Source of the DNA: Geosiphon pyriformis uo1 | Taxonomy: Eukaryota > Fungi > Glomeromycota | Length of the DNA: 64,000 bases | Direction: 5' to 3' | Assembly: GCA_016748015.1 (NCBI GenBank) | Contig: JAAOMT010000639.1 | Location: forward strand, 190,689 to 254,688 | Shown here: piece by piece, positions 30,745 to 40,620 of the stretch | Layout of the letters: the number at the start of each line of letters is the position of its first letter | Numbering within the stretch: the stretch's first letter is position 1 | The notes under the pieces: generated by a model | Databases searched by the model: none | What the model was told of the DNA's origin: nothing | Seen by the model: only the letters and a program-made list of their open reading frames with translations | Program-made: the position numbers and the translations under genes

Positions 30745-32900
30745 GTGACAGAACCAAAAAAAATAGAAACAAACCATTTAGAATTTGCCAAATCTTTATT
30801 CCAATACTACTGTCAATACTTGGAATTAATTAACAATCACCTATTAGCAGAATCAGTTTTCAATTTCTATGTCAATAAGAGAATCTTATATTTGCTAAAA
30901 GTACCAGTAGAAACCAACTCAGCCAGAGGAAATTTCTACAATAAATTAATCCAAAATACCAGTCTACTAGTGAATTATAATTTCACAGCAATCCTCACTG
31001 AAATCAATAAAGAAATTGAAATCCACACTCAACAAAGATATCCAATCATTTATGCAAACAAAGGTAAAAGAAAACTACAAATATCAACAGTAACATCTCA
31101 AAAAATACAACCACCTATTTGGAAGAAAACAAGACTTAAATTACCAACAAATCTATTATACTACTATACATCTAGAAGTGCTATCAACATCTCATCAACA
31201 GGCATGTTCACATTAAATGTGAAAACTCCATTAGCACAAATACTCTTTCAAAGTAAACAATCAAAAACTGATCTATTAGAAATCTATAGTGAATATTTCG
31301 AGGGATTTAAGTCGTAATTACCAATGCCATCAGGATTACAATTACTGCCACTTCCATTAGATTTCGGAATCACGAGTTCTTGAAAAGTAACGGCATCAGA
31401 GGAAAAAGAAAATGACAATCAGAAATTCAATTACCAAAACCCGATTATCAAAAACCCTGAAATCAAAACCATGAATGTTCAAACTCAGCAAAACCCAATT
31501 TTAGAAAATCTGAAAATTGAAGCTTTGAATCTTCAAACTCCACAAAATCAGAATAATCCAAATCCTAACATTAATAATCAACAAAACTTACCTCCAGTAA
31601 TTGTCATCCACTCATTACTAGTTACTATACAATAACAGCAACCAAACTTGGATTTAATAGCTTATGCCCCAATAGCAAAACTCAAAAAATTTATGGGTGA
31701 AGAAAACAATGTTCAGAGGTGGCTAAACAATGTTAAAAAAGCCATCACAGCCAATAAATAAAATAATGCCAGAGCCATACAAGCCATTCTATATTTCCTC
31801 TAGAATACCACCAACTCGTAATATCAAAGTCTGGGTAACAAACCCCAGGATTTCAATGCATTCAAGCTTGCATTTCTGCAATATTTCAGCAATAATAACA
31901 GCATCAACTGCTTAATTAACATCTTTACTACCATTAAGCAAGAAGAACCTAAAGCAGTTACTATTTACTTGGGATGCTTTCACAAAAATCTGCACCAAAT
32001 TCAGGCAATATAGATCAATTATTTTACAGTGCCACAAATTTTAAACCAATTCATTAGAAATCTGTGCAGTAACATCTTCCAACATGTATATTTCTTGCAT
32101 CAAAAAAAAAGGCTGAAAGTTGCAAGGTTTCTGAAAAAATGTTCAGCAGACCTTCAAGCTGCTATTACAAACACCAGAGATTTTGAAGCAGTTAAACTTA
32201 AAGCCAACTATGTCCAAGCCATAAATCTAGTGATAAACAGATCATTTAAATTGAATTCCAAATTAAAACAATTCAGTGATTCAATTAATCAGAAACTAGA
32301 AGAATACTTAGCTAACAATTGAGCAATTTATCAATCTCCACAATAACATGATAATTTAGGAAACACAAATTGTTTTCAAAATTAGTTGCATCTTTCATTA
32401 TCATCATCCAATCAGCCATGACAGCAAGAAACATGTAGTTGCTACAATTGTGATAAACAAGGTTACATCAGAGTTAGCTGCCAAGTTTATAGCAATAATT
32501 CATAATCAGAGAATCAAAATCGAAACTTCAATCACAGATTTCAAACTCTGAACCACTACTCAAATCAAGATCACTATCAATCATATTACACTCAAATAGC
32601 ACAGCAATCAATCTACCAAATCCCAGTTTATCAAACCCCAGCACCAGTTATCTACCAGCCACAGCCACAAGTAATATATCAGCCACAACAAATTCAAACC
32701 CTGCTATACAATCCAATCCAGATGTCATCTGGAAACCAAAGACTGAAAATTGTTCAGCAAAACTGGAGATTAGTGATGGTTGTACATTAACTATGTCCTA
32801 GGAATTCAGGAAACAGATACAACCAAAATCAGAGTTTTCAGAACTATTTAAGTCTTTTAGTTACCCCAGAAGATGCTTCAATCAACAACAACCTGAAAAT
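30745..32900 (+). pseudogene. gag: Gag of element A: N-terminal extension, capsid-like region from ~31657, and CCHC knuckle at ~32440-32481
   Basis: One frame with scattered CAA>TAA and TGG>TGA stops: IAYAPIAKLKKFMGEENNVQRWLNNVKKAITAN... and SCYNCDKQGYIRVSC (CX2CX4HX4C with H>Y). Confidence 0.85.
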
Positions 32901-32929
32901 CTCTCTGAAGCAAACAATCAATAACAACA

Positions 32930-33430
32930 TACCTCTAGCTACTGTCACAAATAACAAATTATTAGCAGCCATTTTTCCCTTTGAAATCGAGGAACCAACT
33001 GAAACTTTTCTCTTTAGTGGAGCCACTCTTGATATGAAACCCATCACTGTCATGTACACCAATACCAAGATCAATGGACAGACCATCAAGCTGATTCTAG
33101 ACAGTAATTCAGCAGGCAGCATTATTACACAACAACTTATAAACCAATTAGATCACTGAATTAATTGTGCTGCTAGCACCAGAATTATCACTACTGATAG
33201 AGCCACCAAAACTTCAATTGGCAAAATTGACAATTTTTCTATTAAAGTCAATGGTATTATTGTACCAATCAAGATTTTAGTCATAAAAGCCACCCAGTAC
33301 TAAGCTCTTATTGGTAATAACTGGCTGTCTAAAACCAATGTTGTGCTTGACTAAAACACCCAGAAGCTACAGCTCAGCCAAAATGGGCAACATACTAGAG
33401 TACCAGCCATCTGTGGACACTTCAAGACCA
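32930..33430 (+). pseudogene. Retropepsin aspartic protease of element A
   Basis: IKLILDSNSAGSIIT (LDSG motif, G>A mutated) at 33085-33130 and ALIGNNWL at ~33304, in the same frame as gag. Confidence 0.85.
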
Positions 33431-34556
33431 CTACAACTGCATTACTAATTAAATTTGAGAAAAAAAAGAAGAAACCTACCTGGGAAGCCTACCAAGTTTT
33501 GTGGGCTGATATTAATCACAACAAATTACCGCCAATACTGTCTTGGGACAACAAAGAGAAAAAAAAAGAAGAAAATAAGCCATAAAAAGATACCACCAAT
33601 GAAATTACCAGTGGCTCGAGAAGTTCTTATTCAACTGACACCAGACCAAAGCCACCCTATATCCTATTTAAGTGCAAAAACTGCAAAAAAAAGTTGTCTT
33701 CCATGAGAGCTTGGGTTGCACCCAATAAAAACTATTAGATGCAAACCCATTACTATTGCAAACCATGTTACCGTAAATGCTATGGCTACCCAAAACACCA
33801 AGGCAAGTAGGACAATGAACCATGTCTTGCTTATGGCAAACAACTGTTCGACAAAGAAATATAGAACAGTATTCTTGGTCAAGAAAAAATCTGTGATATA
33901 TTGTGTTAATACACAATTTTCATTAATGATTAGATAAGTCAAGGAACTCCAATAACTACAGTCTAATATTGAACAATCTCTTACCTAGACAATTACTTAC
34001 ATAATGAAAGTGAGATTTGGAGAATGGCCAACACTAAGATAGAAGGCGCTTTGCCCAGTGAGATCTTAGAAATAAAGAACAATTCTCTTAAACCAGTTGA
34101 AGTTGTTCTTATTTCCAATTTCAATGCCTTTTTAGATATTGAGACAGGCCCAAAGAAATTTCATAAACACTACTAAAATTTAGCATCCACTCAAAAAGAA
34201 TAAGAACAGCATTAAAAGAAATAAACATCTAATTATGTGACCACTGTTTAATCCCATGTGACTTTTAGTATTGTAATGAATGTGACCTCATCTACAATCT
34301 ACCACCACACAGAATTTACACGATCCCAGAAGAGGAAAAACCAATCAGCAGCTGTGCATCAGAATTGGATTCAACTTTTAATCTTGATTCAAACTCCAAT
34401 AATGATGACAACAACAGTTCCAGCTCTGTTCAAAATAGCAACAGCAATAATAATGATAATTTAAATTTAAATTCAGACTCTGAACAGTACATTGCACTTT
34501 TTGATCTCTCTAAAAAGCAGGAACTCAAATAGTTTAGTGACAATAATGAAAGTATT

Positions 34557-34945
34557 ATGCCAGAACGCATACATGATACTAATACAAGGTTTGATTTGAA
34601 ATATCTGAGAAAAAATCCCATCAAATTGGAACCACATTCATGTATCTGCATTGATTTCAAAGTAGCACTGGAAATCCTTGCAACAACAATGGTTCAATTA
34701 GCATCTAGAAGTAGCTTAGCAAAAAAAAAAATCAGCATTAAAGAAGAAATAATTGACACCAGATATGTAGGAAATATTATTGCTATGCTACAAAATGACT
34801 TAGAAAAGGTCTATATTATAGAGCCAAATGAAAAGATAACACAGGCAATATTCCTGTCTCTGGTTAAAGTAGCTTAATTAGTATCAGTAGGAAACAGAGA
34901 AAAATTAAGAATTATAGCTAGAAGGATACAGAGATTTGGATCAGA
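34557..34945 (+). pseudogene. dut: Trimeric dUTPase domain inside Pol of element A
   Basis: All five motifs are recognisable once G>A/C>T are reverted: TRFDL (AGFDL), ASRSSLA, EEIIDTRYVG (GGIIDAGYVG), KITQAI, RRIQRFGS (RGxxGFGS). Confidence 0.85.
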
Positions 34946-35449
34946 ATAGATATACCAGTTAATATGGCAGAAAAAAAAGTTATTAACAAAGGAGAAATTA
35001 TATTCACCCATCAATCAATTTTTATTCTGCCATATAACCAATATATGTTAATCATAGAAAGAAAAATGAAGAATCAGGCACAAATTTTTGAAGCAGAACC
35101 AACCATTTGCAAATCAAGAGAAATTGGACTTATCAATCTCTCAGCCAAAAACAAGAACCATATCAAAATTCTCATCTACAATACAACAGAAAACATCATA
35201 AAAATACCAAAAGAAACTACCATCAGATATTTAAGCACTGAAGTTAAAAAACAGCCACCAAACTCTATTCCAGATTTTTTACAGCTTTGCAGATATGTGA
35301 ATATCATATCACAAACAATTTACAGACAGAATGAATGTTATCTGCTCCAACCAAAACAATTAAAACAAATAAACATAGGAAACTTAGACCCACTTCAATG
35401 TATACAGCTCAAGATGTTACTCAACAACTTTAATAACATTTTTGCTGGC

Positions 35450-36360
35450 AAAAATAAATTTGGCCATACTGACATCATCCAGCATCAAATCAAAACTGGA
35501 GATGCAATGCTAATAAAACAATGAGCATATAGAATACTACCAGCCAGCCATGAAATCATTCATCAAGAAATCAATCAGATGCTTAACAATGGGCTAATTT
35601 AGCTATCAATGAGCCCATGGTCATTACCAGTAGTACTAGTCCATAAAAAAAATGGGAAAATTTGCTTTTGTGTGGATTACAGAAAACTAAATAAAGTAAC
35701 AAAAAGAGATAGCTACTCAACTCCAAAGATCCAAGAACTGTTTGATGCTTTTGGAGGAAAGAAATGGTTTTCAACTTTGAACTTAGACAGTGGTTACTGG
35801 CAAGTAGCCATGAAATCAAAAGATAAAGAAAAAATGGCTTTTACAATATAAGAAGAGAATTTCGAATTTGAAGTAATGCCATTTGGTTTGATGAATGCAC
35901 CAGCCATCTTTCAATGACTAATAGAAATTGTTTATACCAGACTACTATGAAAATCAGTAGTTGTTTACTTAAATAACACAAATGTGTTCTCTAAGACATT
36001 CAATGATTATTTGTATTATCTCCAACAAGTGTTTGAAAGACTAAAAAAAGCTGGATTAAAATTAAATGCAACTAAGTGTTTCTTTGGAAAAACTGAATTC
36101 AAGTTTTTGAGACATGTTGTGAGCAAAGATGGTATCAAAATAGATCCAGACAAGATTAAGATAATTAAGAACTTTCCAGTACCAACCAACTTGACAGAAT
36201 TAAGAGCATTCTTGGGATTTGCCAAATACTATTGCTGCTTTATTAAAGACTTTTCTAAACTGGTCCAGTCATTATACCAGCTCCAATCAAAAAACATCAA
36301 GTATGAATAAACAGAAAACCAGCAAAAAGCTTTCGACATATTAAGAAGAAAGCTTATTCA
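35450..36360 (+). pseudogene. pol: Reverse transcriptase of element A
   Basis: SPWSLPVVLVHKKNGKICFCVDYRKLN, LDSGYWQV, VMPFGLMNAPAIFQ, VVYLNNTNVF (YLDD>YLNN), LRAFLGFAKYY. Confidence 0.95.
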
Positions 36361-36367
36361 AGCTCTA

Positions 36368-36754
36368 ATGTTAATGTATCCAGATTACAACAAACTATTT
36401 ATCATCACCACCAATACATCAGGCCAAGCATTGGAAGCAATACTATTGCAGAGAGAACTGAATGGAAGAAAACATCCAGTAGCATATACCAGCCAAAGTT
36501 TAAGTCCAGCTGAAAAGAACTATAAAACACCAGCATTAGAATACTTAGCAATTTATTGGGCAGTCATAAAATGGAAAAAATACTTAAGCCAGAAGTTCAA
36601 CATATACACTGATCATAAAAAATTGACTTCAATCCAGAAGCAAGAATTTGGAAATGATTGTTATATTCAATGGAAAATAAAACTTTCACCATTTAAATAT
36701 ATTGTACACTACAAAAAAGGAAAAAAAAACAGAAATACCAACAGTTTATTATGA
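36368..36754 (+). pseudogene. RNase H of element A
   Basis: FIITTNTSGQALEAILLQ (TDAS..LGAIL), LSPAEKNY, FNIYTDHK. Confidence 0.9.
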
Positions 36755-36799
36755 ATAAGACAAATCTAAGAACATTTCAACCCAAAAATATAACAAAAG

Positions 36800-38164
36800 A
36801 TGAATACACAAAAATATCAACAACTTGAACATTTTATAAATACTCAATGGTTCAAGAAGAAATTATCTCAAAAGAAACAAAACCATATTAAACAACAGTC
36901 CAAATATTTTATTACTCATTAAAATATACTTTATCAGAAAAACAGAAAGAATTCAGATCAACCAACCAGAGTAATTACAGAATCAGAAAAAGAAACAATA
37001 TTATTTAACATGTACTCCAATCCAACAGCAGGACATTTTCACAAAAAAGCAATCATAAAAAGAACCAGAAATAGATACTATTGGCCATTCATATACTTAG
37101 ACATCATCTAATACATGCAAAATTGTGATGCTTGTCAGAAAAGAGAAGGAACAAGACTCAGTGAACCATTAAGACCAATCAAAGTAGAACAACCATTTGA
37201 GCATATTGAAATTGACTTAGTCAGATCATTAACAATAACTAACAAAGAAAACAGATACATTACAGTAGTTATGAATTATCTTATTAAATAGCCAGAAGCA
37301 AAAACAATTCAAAAAGCAGATGCAGAATCCATTGCCAAATTCATCCATCAAGATTTGATTTGTTGACATGGATATTTAAAAAAATTATTATCTAACCAAG
37401 AAACTCATTTTGTAAATAGAACATTAACAGAATTGAGTTAAAAATTCAGAATAAAGAGATCATTATCATCACCATATTACCTACAAACCAATGGATTAGT
37501 CAAAAGATTCAATAGAATATTGTGTGAAGCAATAGCCAAAATCAGCCAAAAAAACCAGAACAAATGGGATTTATTCATACCATCAGTATTATTTGTTTAT
37601 CGAATGATGAAGCAAGATACTATACAAGCAACACTATTTGAATTAGTATATGGTAAAACAGCAACATTATCAATTGAAATAGAGGTCAATATATATCCAA
37701 TAGAACCAATAACAGAAGAAAATTTCCAAGAAACATTACTGACAAGAACATATGACTTAATGAAAATATTAGAAAACAAATGGCAAAGAGCAGCTGATAA
37801 CATTCAAAAATCACAAGAAAAACAAAAAAAAAGGCATGATAATCAACTACCAGATAAACCAGTTGAATTCAGGATTGGAGACAAAATATTATTACATTGT
37901 ACCAAAACAGAAAAACAGTGAAATGAAAAGTTTGATTCAAAATAAAACAGACCATTTCACATACATGAAATTTTAGGAAACAGATCTTACAAGTTATGAT
38001 TAAAAAACAGAATTCTAAAAAAAACAGCACATGGAAATCATTTAAAAATTTATCAAACACAAGAATCAACATCAGTAGAATCACAACTAGGAGCACAAAT
38101 TCTATTAATCAGACCAGAAAATATACCACAAGATATGGAACTAATCATAATCATCAAAATATAG
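36800..38164 (+). pseudogene. Integrase of element A (HHCC, DDE, GPF-like motif; no chromodomain)
   Basis: PTAGHF...CDACQ, IEIDLVR, LSNQETHF, QTNGLVKRFNR, KFDSK*NRPFHI. Frame ends at TAG 38162-38164. Confidence 0.9.
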
Positions 38165-38172
38165 CTACACAC

Positions 38173-39015
38173 ATGCTGAAATTTAGATATTACATGCATA
38201 TAAGTTTTGAGACCACAAAGAAAAGAACAATAGAAATTTCAAACATGGACTTTTCAGACAAAATTTTAAAATTATCTAAACAATTATTTAATGAAATTCA
38301 AAAATCTACATCTCAAATAAAAATTATAATCAATAAAAAAAAGATAAGATATAGAGATAAGAGAAAGAGAGAGATGAGCGAGAGTTCAATTAAAACTAAT
38401 TATTCCCATCTCTACACTCTGCTCAGAAAGAAAATTTTACAAAAAGGAATTAAATATACTTTTCGAATGGAATGTGGAGAAAAAAAAGAGGAGGAAGAAG
38501 AAGGAGTGGAAAAATTAGATAGAAGACAAAAACAATTATATACAATATACTTGGCCTTTGAGCTAGAAAAAATTAAAGAATCTTTAACTTGTAGAACTAA
38601 ACTCCACAAAACAGGGGAGTGGATACCAGACAATACTCAGAAGTAGAAAAAAAGGCTCTCTCCAACATATTGGTTTTACAAAATTGGGGAACAACTAGAC
38701 TTAGAAAACCCATATGGAGACTACAACCAAAAAACTTTTAACAAAGAAGCAATGTAACAAGTAGAAGAATTTATAAAAAAGAGCAATTTAATACTACACT
38801 AAAAGGCAGCATGTCAATTATACATCACTTTCCAATATTGTCTAAACGTATTATTGAATGGATTTTTGAAAAAGATAATAGTTAACAACATAAGATGAAT
38901 GACCAATCAACAGTTCAAAGATTTACAAAAAGCCATAGTTGATATAACCATCAAACATTATACAAATGAAGTTCTATCAACAGACATAACCAACTTCATA
39001 GAAGCTCAATATTAA
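38173..39015 (+). pseudogene. Extra ORF3 between integrase and PPT, ~280 codons, unknown function
   Basis: A separate frame with four revertible stops, ending EAQY* against the PPT. The homologous C-terminus is seen in D and C. Confidence 0.75.
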
Positions 39016-40114
39016 AAAAAGGAGAAAATAATCTTACTTGAAGAAAGAATGCTTATCAAAAAAAGAAAAAAAATGTAACCTAAAAAAAAACGTGACAAAA
39101 TATGAAAAAACACAGAATAACATGTAATAATGTCAGATAATATGTTATAACATAGGATAATTAGTTATAATATAAGAAAATAAAGCAATAACTAGTAAGA
39201 ACAGACAATTCAAAGCAATTCTGTAAAACTAGAAAATACATATATATAGCAGTAGCATTAGAAACAGAAAAGACAAAATTGCCAGACAGAAATTCATTAA
39301 TTACTATTCCCTAATTAAAAATCATATTATTCTAAAATATCAATAAATATACTTATTCAGCATCTTAAATCCAATTGTTTACTATTAACTTTAAATGTTG
39401 ATAGTAATTAATACTTAAAACACTTGGGAACAATAGCTCTTGATTACAGCTATTAACAGAATACTAACTTATATTGCCTTGGCTTATTGTTTTTATTTGT
39501 CTTTATCTCTTTATTTTTGCTTTATTTTGTTGTGTATACTAATTAATTGAGGATTAAGTACTAAGTATTGACGTCAAGAATTGCTTGATAAAAGACTCCT
39601 GTGAGTGGGTAGAACACATAAGAATTATGGATTGCTTACCAGAGGATTGCTGGCCACTACACTGAAAAAAAAATTGATAAAATTGTGATTCCAAAAAGCT
39701 ATGGATAAAATAACATGGAAATCTCTGTCCATTATACAAAAAACTCCAATCAAAACCTTCAGATTGAAACACTTTCAGATATTACTAACATCATTAATTG
39801 AGCACCAAGTTACAGGTTTGTTATTTGCTTTGAGACTCCAAATAATTACTTGTAATACTGTAAGATATAATCCTACAAAAAACCAGCACCAACACAACAA
39901 TAATCCAAAAGTGACAGAACTAAAAAGAATAGGGACAAACCATTTAAGATTTACCAAATCCTTGTTTCAGCATTATTGTTAACACTTGGGATTAACCAAC
40001 AACTACCTATCAGCAGAATCAGTCTTTAATTTTTATGTTAACAAGAGAATCTCATATTTGTTAAAAATACCAGTAGAAACTAACTTCACAAAAGAAAATT
40101 TTTACAATGAACTA

Positions 40115-40620
40115 ATTCAAAACCTAATCATAAAACCCAAAACATTTGAAAATTACTGTTGATAAATTTGTTAAAAATTTGTTAAATTAAAAACTCCAAT
40201 TATTCAAAACTTGATTATTAAAACTCTGAACATTCGAAACTTACCATTAATAAATTCATTAAAAAACTCATTAAAAAATTGAAACTCCAATTATTTAAAA
40301 CCCAATTATTAAAACTTCAAACATTCAAAAATTACCATTAATAAATTTGTTAAAACTTGTTAAATTAAAAACTCTGATTATTCAAAACCTGATCATTAAA
40401 ACCCCAAACATTTGAAACTTATTATTGATAAATTTGTTAAAAACTCATTAAATTAAAACTTTAATTATTCAAGATTTGATTGTTAAAACCCCAAACATTC
40501 GAAAATTATCATTGATAAATTTGTTAAAACTCATTAAATTAAAAACTTTGATTATTTAAAACCTAATCATTAAAACTCCAAACATTCAACACTTACTGTT
40601 AATAAAACTTGTTAAACCTC
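40115..40620 (+). repeat. About 88-bp tandem array, ~6 copies, inside element B
   Basis: Anchor attcaaaacc-like recurs at ~40115, 40202, 40293, 40380, 40467 and 40554. Confidence 0.85.

Larger units (their letters stand above)
29856..39857 (+). mobile_element. Gypsy element A, full-length and youngest; LTRs 29856-30681 and 39032-39857 (826 bp each), TSD CTGT
   Basis: Equal-length direct repeats. CTGT at 29852-29855 and 39858-39861. PBS 30682-30700, PPT 39014-39031. Complete gag-PR-RT-RH-IN order. Confidence 0.95.

Noticed and set aside
30745-39015. Frequent in-frame TAA/TAG/TGA suggesting stop-codon reassignment
   Set aside because: Host genes here end in TAA and have no internal stops. The stops are explained by C>T/G>A from CAA, CAG, CGA and TGG.
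38173-39015. ORF3 as an envelope gene
   Set aside because: No signal peptide, cleavage site or transmembrane anchor is visible.
39553-39982. Protein-like frame through LTR U5 (including ORF 39701-39982)
   Set aside because: Some stops are invariant among LTRs and indels between copies do not keep one frame. The listed ORF is a junction artefact of A inserting into B.
40115-40620. Regular repeats resembling a CRISPR array
   Set aside because: Whole units are homologous with no unique spacers, the context is eukaryotic, and there are no cas genes.
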